A DNA stretch of 64,000 nucleotides from Bradymonadia bacterium (GCA_046290225.1 JBKAGE010000075.1:32001-96000); one strand, 5' to 3'; shown: positions 27,720-38,353, counted from the stretch's first letter. Made by a program: numbers and translations. Notes: a model not told the origin generated them from the letters alone.

Positions 27720-30215
27720 ATGAGTACCCCCCGCCCACTGCTCATCACCAACCGCCGTAAAGGCGGCTTCCTGCGATGGATCCCCCGGTTGATTTTCATG
27801 CTGGGCGTTGCGGGCACCCTCGCCGGCGGCCTCGCCGGGGTGTGGGCGTACATCTACTTCGCCGAAGGGCTGCCCGGTCCCCCCACCATCGAAGGGTACG
27901 ATCCGCCCACGGTGAGCGCGTTCTTCGCCCGTGACGGCCGGCAAGTGGCGGAGCTCACCACCGAGCGTCGCCTCGTGGTGCCTCTCGAGCAGATGCCCAC
28001 GCACCTCATCGAGGCGTTCCTCGCCAGTGAGGACAAGAGCTTCTTCCAACACAGCGGGGTGGACTTCAGGGGCATCGCCCGGGCGGCGGTGGCCAACTTC
28101 CAGGCGGGGCGCATCGTCGAGGGGGCGTCGACGATCACTCAGCAGCTGTGCAAGACCCTGCTGTCGACCGAGAAATCCTTCGTGCGCAAGGCCAAGGAGG
28201 CGATCCTGGCCCGGCGCACCGAGCACGTGCTCAGCAAGCTCGACATCTTGTACCTGTACCTGAACCAGATCTACCTGGGCCACGGCGCCTATGGGGTTCA
28301 AGCGGCGGCGCAGAACTACTTCGACAAAGATGTCTCAGATCTCACCCTCGGCGAGTCGTCCATGATCGCCGGCTTGCCCCCTTCGCCGGGGCGCATCACG
28401 CCCATCCTGAATTGGGAGAAGGCCCGTGAGCGTCAGCGCAGGGTGCTCGATCGCATGGTGCAGGAAGGCTTCATCGAGTCCGAGCAGGCTGACGCTGCTT
28501 TCGCCCAGCCCCTGAAGCTGCATCGAAATCGACCGGATCTCTTCGGGGATCATACGCCGTACTACACCGAGCACGCCCGCAGGGCAGTACAGGGCCGGTA
28601 TGGTGAAGAGAAGATGTACCGCAAGGGCCTGAGGGTACATCTCGCTGTGGATGCTGATCGGCAGACCGCAGGTCAGGGCAGCTTGCGGGAAGGCTTGCTC
28701 TCTCTGGGGCAGCGGCATGGCTTCGTCGGTGTCTTTGCGCATCTGGGGGCGTCGGAGCAGGGCGAGTTTGCCCAGAAGGCGGCAAAGCACTACGGCGAAG
28801 GCCCCCTGGAGGCCGATCGGTACTACCTCGCTCTGGTCAAAGATCTCGAGGCCGGAGAGGCCACCGTCCAGGTGGGAGTGCACGAGGCGCGTCTGCCCCT
28901 CAAAGAGGGCATGGCCTGGGCTGCACCCCACCAGACCGACGCCCAGGCCAAAGCAGATGGTAAGCGGCACGCCAAGAACAACCGCCGCATCAAAGATGCA
29001 GGCGAGGCGCTCCGCGTGGGCGACGTCATCTCGGTGCGGTTGATCCGGGGCCGAAAGGCCGAGAACCCTGCGGATACAGTACCCACAGTGGTCCTGTCTC
29101 AGGTGCCCAAGGTCCAGGGCGCGCTGGTGAGCATGGATCCGTGGACGGGCTACGTCGAAGCCATGGTGGGTGGCCTCGACTTCGATCAGTCAGAGTACAA
29201 CCGCGCTTTTCAGGGCTGTCGCCAGCCGGGCTCGGTCTTCAAGCCCCTCGTCTACAGTCGGGCCGTCGATCTCGAGTACACCCTCGCCACCCTGATCTCC
29301 GACGTGCCCGTGGCCCGCTTCGACGATTTGCGAGGCGAGCTGTGGAAGCCCAAGAACATCAGCCGGGAGTACGAAGGAGAGATCCTGCTCTGGCGAGCAC
29401 TCATCAACTCGAAGAACATCCCCGCCATCAACGTGTTCGAGTACGTCACCGGCGACGAAGTGGTGCGCTGGGCCAACTCTCTGGGCATCACCACCCCCCT
29501 CGATCCGGGGCCGGCGCTGGCTCTGGGCAGCAGCTGTGTCTACCCCTGGGACATGGTACAGGTGTATGGCCTCTTCGCTCTGAGGGGCCTGCAGCCCAGG
29601 CCCGTCTTCATCACCCGGGTCGAGGATCGTTGGGGCGGCATCTACGAAGATCACACCGCCCTCGGTGATCCGTGGGCGCCCACGGGGCCCAAGCTCGATG
29701 CCATGTTGCGTCGGGCCGGCGAGCCTCGGGTGCGTCTCGTCTCTGCCGATACCGCCTTCCTTGTGCAGCATCTCTTGAAGAGCGTCGTCGACGCAGGCAC
29801 TGGGGCAAAGGCCCGAAGCTTGAAGAAGGTGGCCGGCGGAAAGACCGGCACCACCAACGCGTACGACGTGTGGTTCGTAGGCTTCACCGAGTCGCTCATC
29901 ACCGGCGTCTGGCTCGGCGCAGACGTCAATGCGCGGCGGCTCGGAGACGAGGTCACTGGCAGCCGGGTGGCGCTCCCGGTGTGGTTGGCATATATGAAGC
30001 GGGCGCTCGCGGGGATCCCCCAAGGTGACTTCACCGCTGATCCCCCCGAGGGCGTCGTGTTTGAGCAGATCGACATCGAGACCGGGCTGCTCGCAGCGAA
30101 AGGCCGTCGCTCGGTGCGGCTCCCCTTCAAGGCGGAGACCGCCCCCACAGAGAAGGCCAAGGCTGCGGGTACGTTCGATACCAGCGATCTCGATGACGTC
30201 GAAGGCAGGTTCTGA
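27720..30215 (+). CDS. mrcA: Penicillin-binding protein 1A (class A PBP)
   Basis: Transglycosylase motifs EDKSFFQHSG, GASTITQQ and YLNQIYLG; transpeptidase motifs SVFK, SKN and KTG. Confidence 0.93.
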   Translation: MSTPRPLLITNRRKGGFLRWIPRLIFMLGVAGTLAGGLAGVWAYIYFAEGLPGPPTIEGYDPPTVSAFFARDGRQVAELTTERRLVVPLEQMPTHLIEAFLASEDKSFFQHSGVDFRGIARAAVANFQAGRIVEGASTITQQLCKTLLSTEKSFVRKAKEAILARRTEHVLSKLDILYLYLNQIYLGHGAYGVQAAAQNYFDKDVSDLTLGESSMIAGLPPSPGRITPILNWEKARERQRRVLDRMVQEGFIESEQADAAFAQPLKLHRNRPDLFGDHTPYYTEHARRAVQGRYGEEKMYRKGLRVHLAVDADRQTAGQGSLREGLLSLGQRHGFVGVFAHLGASEQGEFAQKAAKHYGEGPLEADRYYLALVKDLEAGEATVQVGVHEARLPLKEGMAWAAPHQTDAQAKADGKRHAKNNRRIKDAGEALRVGDVISVRLIRGRKAENPADTVPTVVLSQVPKVQGALVSMDPWTGYVEAMVGGLDFDQSEYNRAFQGCRQPGSVFKPLVYSRAVDLEYTLATLISDVPVARFDDLRGELWKPKNISREYEGEILLWRALINSKNIPAINVFEYVTGDEVVRWANSLGITTPLDPGPALALGSSCVYPWDMVQVYGLFALRGLQPRPVFITRVEDRWGGIYEDHTALGDPWAPTGPKLDAMLRRAGEPRVRLVSADTAFLVQHLLKSVVDAGTGAKARSLKKVAGGKTGTTNAYDVWFVGFTESLITGVWLGADVNARRLGDEVTGSRVALPVWLAYMKRALAGIPQGDFTADPPEGVVFEQIDIETGLLAAKGRRSVRLPFKAETAPTEKAKAAGTFDTSDLDDVEGRF

Positions 30216-30872
30216 ATGTCATTCTTCGGGCTCGGGTTCACCGAGCTGGTGGTCATCGCCATCGTCACCCTCGTCGTGGTCGGGCCCAAGCGCCTGCCCG
30301 CCGTGGCCCGGACCCTCGGCCAGGGCATCCGTATGTTGCGACGCGCAGGGCAGGAGCTCCGAGACGCCGTGGACATCGACGAGGTCCGGGACCAGATTCA
30401 GCGAGAAACCCGCGAGATGTGGCGGGAGGCGGAGTCGATCCTCGACGTAGAGCCTGAGCCGGCAACTCAAAAGCCGGAGAAGAAGGCACCCGACAGCGAG
30501 ATCGCCGGCGAAGCTGACGCAGAGCCACCCATGATGACCGGCCCCACCCCCGAGGTGAACCTCGCCAAGGCCGCTGACGCCTCAGCCACCGAGGGCGAGT
30601 CAGCCGAAGAGGCTCAGGCGGACACGAGTGGCACCTACGATCACAACGCCCCTGTAGACGACGTTGCCGCTCCAGAGGCAGGCAAGATCTCGCTCTCCGA
30701 GGAGATCCCCACGAGCGAAGAGGCCCGCGCCCTGGAAGAGAGCGCCGCCCCGGTGGCCCGTGCCGAGGCACCGAGCATCGGACCCTCAGCGGCCCTCAAA
30801 GCAGCCCTCGGTGAGGGGGCCATCGACGATGACGCCGGTGAGGGTGAGGCAGAGCGGGGAGGGGCAGCGTGA
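30216..30872 (+). CDS. tatB: Twin-arginine translocase TatB (TatA/B family) with a long acidic tail
   Basis: FGLGFTELVVIAIVTLVVVGPKRLP; directly upstream of tatC. Confidence 0.85.
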   Translation: MSFFGLGFTELVVIAIVTLVVVGPKRLPAVARTLGQGIRMLRRAGQELRDAVDIDEVRDQIQRETREMWREAESILDVEPEPATQKPEKKAPDSEIAGEADAEPPMMTGPTPEVNLAKAADASATEGESAEEAQADTSGTYDHNAPVDDVAAPEAGKISLSEEIPTSEEARALEESAAPVARAEAPSIGPSAALKAALGEGAIDDDAGEGEAERGGAA

Positions 30873-31759
30873 GCGCGAACCCAACCAATCCGGACGAGCT
30901 CGAGGACAGCCGCGCCCCCTTCATGGAGCACCTCGAGGAGCTGCGCACCCGTCTCGTACGGTGTCTGCTCGCCATCTTCATCGGCGGGGCGTTGTGCTGG
31001 CTCGTCAAAGAGGAGCTGTACCAGCTCATCACCGGACCCATCAACGAAGCCCAGGGCGACCTGGGCCTGAAGCGGGAGATGATCTTCCGGACCCCTCACG
31101 GGGCCTTCGTGCTCTATCTGAAGCTCGCCGTCTTTGGTGGCTTGTTCCTGGGCATCCCCGTGATCCTCTATCAGGTCTGGCAGTTCGTCGCCCCAGGCCT
31201 CTACAAACACGAGCAGCGGGTGGTGTTGCCCTTCGTGTTCTTGAGCACGGCCTGCTTCGCTGGGGGCACCATCTTTTGCTACAACCTGATCCTGCCTGAA
31301 GTGTTCACCTTCCTGCTTGGATACGGGCAGGACTTCGGCAGTCCGATCATCACCCTCGCCAAACACACCGTCGTCGCCGCAGGGCAACCAAACGTGGACG
31401 TCGGCGCAGCGGTGCTCAAGGCCGACATCGCCATCGAAGACTTCATGGGGATCACCACCCGGCTGTTGCTGGCCTTCGGGTTGGCGTTCGAACTGCCCGT
31501 GGCCCTGGGCTTCTTCGCCCTCGTGGGGCTCATCACGCACCACAGCCTCATCAAGTTCTGGCGCTATGCCGTGGTGATCGCCTTCGTGGTGGCCGCCATC
31601 CTCACGCCCCCGGATCCATACAGTCAGGCCATGCTGGCGATCCCGCTGTTGGCCCTGTACGGCCTGAGCATCGGCCTGGCGTGGATGGTCCACAAACGGC
31701 GCAGCGATGCTGAAGCCAAGGCGGAAGCCGACGCTGACACAAAGGCCGGCGAAGGCTGA
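30869..31759 (+). CDS. tatC: Twin-arginine translocase TatC
   Basis: HLEELRTRL, QFVAPGLY, AFELP and LTPPD motifs. Confidence 0.95.
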   Translation: MSANPTNPDELEDSRAPFMEHLEELRTRLVRCLLAIFIGGALCWLVKEELYQLITGPINEAQGDLGLKREMIFRTPHGAFVLYLKLAVFGGLFLGIPVILYQVWQFVAPGLYKHEQRVVLPFVFLSTACFAGGTIFCYNLILPEVFTFLLGYGQDFGSPIITLAKHTVVAAGQPNVDVGAAVLKADIAIEDFMGITTRLLLAFGLAFELPVALGFFALVGLITHHSLIKFWRYAVVIAFVVAAILTPPDPYSQAMLAIPLLALYGLSIGLAWMVHKRRSDAEAKAEADADTKAGEG

Positions 31760-31768
31760 GGGGGCCAA

Positions 31769-33340
31769 GTGATCACCGAAGTCCAGATCGACGTGCACCC
31801 CGACGAGGCCCTGCCCGAGCGTCTCGGGGCCACCGTGGCTCGAGCGCTGAAGATCGACGCCAGCCGGATCACTGGCGCTGAGATCACTCGAAAGGCCATC
31901 GACGCGCGCCATGGCAAGGTGAGACTCAAGATCACCGCCCGGGTGGCTGTGGACGAGCCTTTTGCCCCCCTCGATGCGCCAGTGGTGCCCGATCTGCCCA
32001 CCTTGAGTGGGCCGCCTCGAGTGGCGGTGGTGGGCGCTGGCCCTGCGGGCTTGTGGGCGGTGTGGCAGCTCGCTCGAGCGGGGGTGAAGCCGGTGGTCTT
32101 CGAGCGGGGCCAGGCGGTGCGAGGGCGTCGGCGAGATCTGGCTGTGCTCAACCGCGAGGGGGTGCTCAACCCCGAGTCGAACTATTGCTTCGGCGAGGGT
32201 GGGGCGGGGACCTTCAGCGACGGAAAACTCTACACCCGGGCCACGAAGCGAGGGCCCGTGCGGGCGGTGTTCAACCTGCTCGCCGCCTGTGGCGCCCCGG
32301 GGCGGATCCTCGTCGACGCCCGGCCCCACATCGGGACCAACCGACTGCCCAAGGTCATCGGGGCGTTGAGGGCACGGCTCGAAGCTGCCGGCGCCGAGGT
32401 GTGTTTCGACACCCGCGTCGATGATCTGGTCTTCGACGGGCGTACGCTCACGGGGGTGGTCCTTGGTGATGGCACGACTGTGCCCGTGGAGGCGGTGGTG
32501 GTGGCCACGGGGCACTCCGCCAGAGACGTCTATCGCATGCTGCATCGACACGGCGTGGCCATGGAGGCCAAGGCTTTCGCCGCCGGCGTGCGCATCGAGC
32601 ACCCGCAGGCCCACATCGATCGCATTCAGTATGGCCCCCTCGGGGGTCACCCCATGCTCGGCGCAGCGCCCTATGCCCTCAAGAGCACCCGATCAGGCAT
32701 TGGCGTGTACAGCTTCTGCATGTGCCCAGGTGGCTTCATCGTCGCCGCGGCCACCGAAGATGACGGTGTGGTGGTCAACGGCATGAGCCCATACGCTCGG
32801 GGATCACGCCACGCCAACTCCGGCATGGTGGTCACCATCGGGCCGGAAGACTTCGGCGAGGGCCCCTTGGACGGCCTCGCGTGGCAGGCCCGGTTGGAGC
32901 AGATGGCCTTCACCGCCGGTGGGGGCAAGTTCAAAGCCCCCGCCCAACGCATCACGGACTTCCTCAGGGGTCGAGTCTCCACAGAGCTGCCCGTGTGCAG
33001 CTATCGACCGGGCCTCAACGCCGTCGATCTCAAAGAGGCGTTGCCTGAGCGGATCACCGGCCCCCTCGATCAGGCGCTCCGCTGGTTCGACAAGGCCCGT
33101 ATGCGCGGCTACGTCACCGACGAGGCGGTCATGGTGGGGGTGGAGAGCCGATCGAGCGCCCCGGTGCGGATCGTGCGCAGCCGCGAGAGTCTGGAGAGCC
33201 CGAGCCACTCGGGCGTGTTCCCCTGCGCCGAGGGGGCGGGCTATGCCGGGGGCATCGTCAGCGCCGCCCTCGACGGGATGCGGGTCGCCGATGGGGTGCT
33301 TCAAGCCCTGGGCGTGCCCGTACCACCACCTGCGGCCTGA
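31769..33340 (+). CDS. NAD(P)/FAD-dependent oxidoreductase of unknown substrate
   Basis: VVGAGPAG, FGEGGAGTFSDGKL, PHIGT, SFCMCPGG and EGAGYAGGIVSAA motifs. Confidence 0.9.
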   Translation: MITEVQIDVHPDEALPERLGATVARALKIDASRITGAEITRKAIDARHGKVRLKITARVAVDEPFAPLDAPVVPDLPTLSGPPRVAVVGAGPAGLWAVWQLARAGVKPVVFERGQAVRGRRRDLAVLNREGVLNPESNYCFGEGGAGTFSDGKLYTRATKRGPVRAVFNLLAACGAPGRILVDARPHIGTNRLPKVIGALRARLEAAGAEVCFDTRVDDLVFDGRTLTGVVLGDGTTVPVEAVVVATGHSARDVYRMLHRHGVAMEAKAFAAGVRIEHPQAHIDRIQYGPLGGHPMLGAAPYALKSTRSGIGVYSFCMCPGGFIVAAATEDDGVVVNGMSPYARGSRHANSGMVVTIGPEDFGEGPLDGLAWQARLEQMAFTAGGGKFKAPAQRITDFLRGRVSTELPVCSYRPGLNAVDLKEALPERITGPLDQALRWFDKARMRGYVTDEAVMVGVESRSSAPVRIVRSRESLESPSHSGVFPCAEGAGYAGGIVSAALDGMRVADGVLQALGVPVPPPAA

Positions 33341-36219
33341 GCCGCCCACTGCGCGGCCCGAATCCGGGCGTCTTCCAGCTCGACGCCGTGTCGTTGATCC
33401 CCTGCCTCGAGACGAGTGAGTACGTCGAGATGAGCGATCGCCTTCTCGCAGGCCTGAGCGGCTTTGTGCCATTGCCCCTTCGATGCTGCGAGATCCCCCT
33501 GGCGGCTCCAGGCCACCGCCCCTGCTCGGTGTTGGTGTGCAGGCAGACCCTCACCAAGGCCGTACCAGCGAAGCAGGCTCCGACACACCTTCAGGCAGGT
33601 GCCTTCGTGCCCCAAGGCCAGGGCTGCATCAGCGAGGGCGGCTGAGGTGTCGATCCAGGCATCGCGGGGATTAAGGCCGTCCAGAGGGGCATCACCATGA
33701 TCACTGGCGAGCCAGGCCATCCAGAGGCGCCAGCTCAACTGCAGGCGCTCGAAGGCCAGGGTGGGCTTCTGACGAGACTGGATCGCCAGGGCAAAGCGGA
33801 GGGCGCCAGCGAGCCTGAGGGCCCAGGCCCACCAGGGCACGAGCTGGGCGGCCATGCCGAGATCGCGCAGCAGCGTGAAGATCTCGGCCACATAGGCCAG
33901 ACCCTGATCGAGGCGCCGAGCAGCGAGCTCCACCTCCACCAGCAAGATCAAGCTGCGGACGGCCGCAGCGGCACCCCAGGGTCGGTGGGCCCAGCGCTCG
34001 GCGAGGTGGAGGGCCCCGGGCATCATCGACCGGGGGGTCTCCAGATCACCTGCCCCCAGAGAGAGGGTGCCCAGACGATGCTCAAGCTGCCAGGCCATCT
34101 GCGCGATGTGCTCGTCGAACGGCTGAGCGGTGAGCATGCGGCGGCCGATGGTTGCGGCCTCTCGGTAGGATCTCAGCCCGCTCGACCAGCCCCCACCGTG
34201 AATCTCGAGCTCGCCGAGCCGGGTCAGGGCCACGAGCAGATCGTTCACGAGGCGAGTGTCGTCAGGGTGGGCCTCGGCGAGGCCCGCGCGCATTTTACGT
34301 ACGGTGGTGAGGGCCTGGTGCGCAGAGGGGAGATCATCCTGTAAGAGGTACAGATCGCTCATGCGTTCGAGGGCGACGGTGAGATCTCGGGCATACACCA
34401 CTGCCTCTGGCCGGGCAGTGGCGAGGGATGATCTGATCTCCAGGGCCTCTTCGTGCACGCTCAGCGCTTCAGGGAAGGCGTCCAGCTCCAGGCAGAGATC
34501 CCCGAGCATCAGCAGCGCCCGGCTGAGCGTACGTGCAGGCTCAGGCTCTTCCGGGCGCAGGCGCACGAGGGCTCGGGCCACGTCCACCGCGCGCCGTGCC
34601 TGCCGGCGGGCCTCGTCGAGATCGTGTCGCCGGCGAGCCTGCTGGATCGCTTGCCAGTGACCATCGAAGGCCCCTGAGAGATGTCCACCCTCTGGATCGT
34701 CACCGAGGGCCTGGCGAAGAGTGATCAGGCTCTCTATGGCGCCTCGGAGTGTCGGGGCCTCGTGGGGCAGACGCGTGCGCAAGCGCACGAGCGCTGCGTG
34801 GGCGGCCTGAGCCAGCTCTTGAAGATGGCCCTCCGCAGGTGCAGGCTGCCCAGAGGCCAAGGCGGCGTCGCTGTGAAGTGTGGGCCAGAGTCGCCACCAC
34901 GACCAGTGATGATCGGCGAGCGGGGCCTCTGGCCGGCCCGGGCGCATACGGCCGCCACCCAGGGGCAACAAGGCGTTGTCTGCGAGGACGACCCGGGCCT
35001 GAGAGAGGGCCTCGGGCTCGATGTGGGCGCTGGGATCCGGGCCGCTCTCCGGGCCCCGACTCCGCCAGAGGCTCAAGCAGGCCCGCGCAGCTTTTCGGGG
35101 GAGCGCCTCAAGCCAGAGGTCGAGGGCTTCGGCGAGACAGGGGCTCTCTGGTCGCGGCAACACCCCTTCAGGCGTCACCCTGCGTTGGGCATTGTGGGTC
35201 AGCCATGCCAGCTCTGCGAGAGGGGCGGCGGTGCGCATGGCTTCAGTGACGATGTACTCCACTGCCCCGGGGGCCCACTTGAGGCCGGCGATCTGCGCTC
35301 GGTGTTCGAGGCTCGCTGCGAGGCCCTCTGAGCCAGGCGAGGGCATGAAGACAATGCGTTTTTGCAGCCACCGCCCGAGCTCACCCAGCTGTCCGAGGCG
35401 GGCGGCGTGGGCCACGTCGAGGGTGCCCACGACGGCGATGGGGCGCCCCGACTCCAGCCAGCCCGTGAGCGCTGCTGAGGCGGCGAGGCTCTGAGCGGGG
35501 TGAGCCAGCCAGCGGTCCAGGGCCTCGATGGCCACCAGGATCGGCCCTCGAGCGTCGCGTCGGGCAAAGGCCTCGTCCACAGCGGCGAATTCTGGCTTCA
35601 CTTTCAGGGCGCGGCCCAGGGCGGCCAACAAGGCCTCCATCGGGGGCAGGCCCGGCGTGCACACCGCCAGAGACCACGGGGGCCCGCCGCCAGGGGGGCA
35701 AAAGGCCATTCGAGGTAGGCATTTGCTGTAGAGCCAGGTGCTGCGGCCTGATGCCGGCGCACCGGCGACGAGGAGCCCTTCACCGAGCCCTGGCCAGCGA
35801 TCAGCGGGGGGCCACGCAGAGAGCGGATCATCCTGCACCCAGACGGTGTGAGCCCAAGAGGGCGTCGTGAGCCCCGAAAAGGGCGCGAGGCGCCAGTGTT
35901 GTGGAGGCGGGAGCGTCGCGAAGATGCTCTGCAGTTGAGTTGCAGAAGTAGAGAGTGGCAGGGCCGGGCAGGGTGAGGCCCACCGAGGCGGCACGGGCCC
36001 GCCGTCTTCGGTGAGGCAGATCGTAATCTGCGGTCGCTCGAGGTGATCACGGTAAGCCGCAGCGAGGGCGGCCCCCATCCACTGGTAGGCCGTACCCCTG
36101 GGCAGCGTGATCAGGCAGCGTGCAGGCCCCTCTGAGTCGTCATGAGAGGCGAGGGCCTGCGCGAGGGCAGGCCCGAGTCGGTCATGAGGCGGGTGAATCA
36201 GCTGGGGCATCGTCGTCAT
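33301..36219 (-). CDS. Large protein with a degenerate STAND-like NTPase region and C-terminal TPR repeats
   Basis: LLVAGAPASGRST (Walker A-like), ILVAIEALD (Walker B-like) and TPR-like repeats such as ARDLTVALERMSDL. The start is 36219 or 36210. Confidence 0.6.
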   Translation of the reverse strand: MTTMPQLIHPPHDRLGPALAQALASHDDSEGPARCLITLPRGTAYQWMGAALAAAYRDHLERPQITICLTEDGGPVPPRWASPCPALPLSTSATQLQSIFATLPPPQHWRLAPFSGLTTPSWAHTVWVQDDPLSAWPPADRWPGLGEGLLVAGAPASGRSTWLYSKCLPRMAFCPPGGGPPWSLAVCTPGLPPMEALLAALGRALKVKPEFAAVDEAFARRDARGPILVAIEALDRWLAHPAQSLAASAALTGWLESGRPIAVVGTLDVAHAARLGQLGELGRWLQKRIVFMPSPGSEGLAASLEHRAQIAGLKWAPGAVEYIVTEAMRTAAPLAELAWLTHNAQRRVTPEGVLPRPESPCLAEALDLWLEALPRKAARACLSLWRSRGPESGPDPSAHIEPEALSQARVVLADNALLPLGGGRMRPGRPEAPLADHHWSWWRLWPTLHSDAALASGQPAPAEGHLQELAQAAHAALVRLRTRLPHEAPTLRGAIESLITLRQALGDDPEGGHLSGAFDGHWQAIQQARRRHDLDEARRQARRAVDVARALVRLRPEEPEPARTLSRALLMLGDLCLELDAFPEALSVHEEALEIRSSLATARPEAVVYARDLTVALERMSDLYLLQDDLPSAHQALTTVRKMRAGLAEAHPDDTRLVNDLLVALTRLGELEIHGGGWSSGLRSYREAATIGRRMLTAQPFDEHIAQMAWQLEHRLGTLSLGAGDLETPRSMMPGALHLAERWAHRPWGAAAAVRSLILLVEVELAARRLDQGLAYVAEIFTLLRDLGMAAQLVPWWAWALRLAGALRFALAIQSRQKPTLAFERLQLSWRLWMAWLASDHGDAPLDGLNPRDAWIDTSAALADAALALGHEGTCLKVCRSLLRWYGLGEGLPAHQHRAGAVAWSRQGDLAASKGQWHKAAQACEKAIAHLDVLTRLEAGDQRHGVELEDARIRAAQWAAQAAGGGTGTPRA

Positions 36220-36733
36220 CTGAACCCATCGGGCCGATTCGGACCAGTTTTGCCTGCCCCTCGACGAGATCACCTGCAGAGACCTCCACGGAGATCACCA
36301 CCCCGGCCTCTTCGGCGCGGAGCTCGTTCTCCATCTTCATGGCCTCGACGATGACCACGCCCTGGCCTGCCTCGACGGTCTGGCCGGGCTCCACCAGGAC
36401 CGCTACCACCTTGCCGGGCATCGGCGAGCTGATGAGCTGCTCGCCGGAGCTGCCACCGGCGCCGGTGGCGAGTCGGCGGCGCATGGTCTTGGGATCCACC
36501 ACTTGCACCACCTGATCGAAGCCTTCGCAGGTGACGTGGGTGCGATCACCCCGGGCGCCACGGCGCAGGGCCAGGGAGCGGTGCCCGATGACCACGTGGA
36601 TCTCGGTGGCGCCCACATGCACGTGAGCGTGCTTGGGGGGCGCGTCGCCGATCTGGATGAGGTGACCGCCCTCTGGGTGAGCGGAGAGCTGAACGTCGAC
36701 GGGGCCCTCGGGGCCTTCAATGGTGTAGCGCAT
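36182..36733 (-). CDS. Biotin carboxyl carrier protein
   Basis: SPMPGKV and the EAMKM biotinylation motif; ATG 36733 follows a GAGG RBS. Confidence 0.92.
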   Translation of the reverse strand: MRYTIEGPEGPVDVQLSAHPEGGHLIQIGDAPPKHAHVHVGATEIHVVIGHRSLALRRGARGDRTHVTCEGFDQVVQVVDPKTMRRRLATGAGGSSGEQLISSPMPGKVVAVLVEPGQTVEAGQGVVIVEAMKMENELRAEEAGVVISVEVSAGDLVEGQAKLVRIGPMGSDDDDAPADSPAS

Positions 36734-36743
36734 CACCCCTCCC

Positions 36744-38237
36744 TCACAGCGCGCGGCGGCGGCCCTCGAGCCGCCAGGGGCTCGGGCCCCCTTCAGTGGA
36801 CGCAGGGCCTTGAGCCCCACGGGTGGACGCGGCCTGCTCCTGGGCCACGGCGAGGGCGCCGTACACAGCCTCGGGCCACTCCTCAGAAGGGGTGGCTGGA
36901 TCGGGCAGCTGCGTGTCGAGAATGCCCGTGTCGTACTGGCCGGCGACGAAGTCGGCGTGCTTCAGGATCCGATGGTGCAGCTCGATGTTCGTGGAGATAC
37001 CCAACACCACCGTCTCCGAGAGGGCGCGGTGCATGCGGCTGATGGACTGCGCGCGGGTACGACCGTACGTGCACAGCTTGGCCACCATGGGATCATACGC
37101 CATGGGCACCACGGAGTTCTCGTCGATGCCGGCGTCCACTCGGACCCCGGTCCCCTGCGGCCAGCGCACACCGGAGATGGGCCCCGGACTGGGCATGTAG
37201 GTGCGCGGATCTTCTGCGTAGAGGCGGCACTCGATGGCATGGCCCCGAGGCTGCAGATCGGCCTGGGTGTAGGGAAGCGGCTCCCCAGCAGCAACGCGGA
37301 CCTGAGCTTCGACGAGATCCACCCCGTACACCAGCTCGGTGACAGGGTGCTCCACCTGCAGGCGGGTGTTCATCTCGAGGAAGTAGAAGTTGCGATCAGC
37401 CCCCACCATGAATTCCACGGTGCCGGCGCCGCTGTAATTGCAGGCCCGGGCCGCGGCGACGGCCACCTCGCCCATCTGGGTGCGGAGGTCGTCGTCGATG
37501 AAGGGGCTGGGGCACTCCTCGATCACCTTCTGGTGACGGCGCTGCACCGAGCACTCGCGCTCCCCCACGTAGACCGCGTTGCCGTGATCGTCACACAACA
37601 GCTGGATCTCGATGTGGTGAGGGCCCACGACGAACTTCTCGATGTAGACCGCGTCGTTGCCGAAGGCCCCAGCGGCCTCGCGGCGGGCGGCCTCGAGGGC
37701 GGACATGAAGCGGCTGGGATCGTCGACGCGGCGCATGCCCTTGCCCCCGCCACCAGCGGAGGCCTTGATCATCACCGGGAAACCCACCTCGGTGGCCACA
37801 GCGAGGGCGTGCTCCGGATCTGCGACCGGATCAGAGGTGCCTGGGACCACAGGCACCCCAGCGGCGGTGACCGTGCGGCGGGCGAGCAGCTTGTCGCCCA
37901 TGGTCTCGATGGCTTCGGGGGGCGGCCCGATCCAGGCGAGGCCTGCCGCCTTCACCCGACGGGCGAAGGTGGCGTTCTCCGACAAGAAGCCGTACCCGGG
38001 GTGGATCGCCTCAGCGCCGACGGCCCGTGCGGCGTCGAGGATGGCGTCCATGTTCAGGTAGCTCTCGGAAGAAGCTTCGGGGCCTACACACACGGCCACG
38101 TCGGCCATTCGGACGTGGAGGGCGTGGCGGTCGGGCTCGGAGTAGATGGCCGCGGGGGAGATGCCCATGTCCCTGAGGGTGCGGGCGACCCGGACGGCGA
38201 TCTCTCCACGGTTGGCGATCAAGACGCGCTTGAACAT
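36744..38237 (-). CDS. accC: Biotin carboxylase subunit of an acyl-CoA carboxylase
   Basis: IANRGEIA, HPGYGFLSEN, GGGGKGMR, ERECSVQRRHQK and EMNTRLQVEHPVTE motifs. Confidence 0.93.
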   Translation of the reverse strand: MFKRVLIANRGEIAVRVARTLRDMGISPAAIYSEPDRHALHVRMADVAVCVGPEASSESYLNMDAILDAARAVGAEAIHPGYGFLSENATFARRVKAAGLAWIGPPPEAIETMGDKLLARRTVTAAGVPVVPGTSDPVADPEHALAVATEVGFPVMIKASAGGGGKGMRRVDDPSRFMSALEAARREAAGAFGNDAVYIEKFVVGPHHIEIQLLCDDHGNAVYVGERECSVQRRHQKVIEECPSPFIDDDLRTQMGEVAVAAARACNYSGAGTVEFMVGADRNFYFLEMNTRLQVEHPVTELVYGVDLVEAQVRVAAGEPLPYTQADLQPRGHAIECRLYAEDPRTYMPSPGPISGVRWPQGTGVRVDAGIDENSVVPMAYDPMVAKLCTYGRTRAQSISRMHRALSETVVLGISTNIELHHRILKHADFVAGQYDTGILDTQLPDPATPSEEWPEAVYGALAVAQEQAASTRGAQGPASTEGGPSPWRLEGRRRAL

Positions 38238-38266
38238 CGGCGCTCCCTGGAGGTCAATCGGCGGGG

Positions 38267-38295
38267 ACGTTAGACCAGGGCCGGCTCAAGGGCAA
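38267..38295 (-). promoter_or_regulatory. Candidate sigma70 promoter for the biotin carboxylase gene
   Basis: Minus strand reads TTGCCC-17 nt-TAACGT, about 30 nt upstream of the ATG. Confidence 0.45.
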
Positions 38296-38353
38296 GGCGC
38301 AGTACGATCGCCGCGCGATCACTGCAAAAAGGAGGGGGCGGAGGCCGCTGGGA

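Noticed and set aside
38298..38330. Hairpin GCAGT..GATCGC-cgc-GCGATC-ACTGC followed by AAAAA as a terminator of the Cys-rich gene
   Set aside because: On the transcribed minus strand the T-tract comes before the stem, which is the wrong polarity for an intrinsic terminator.
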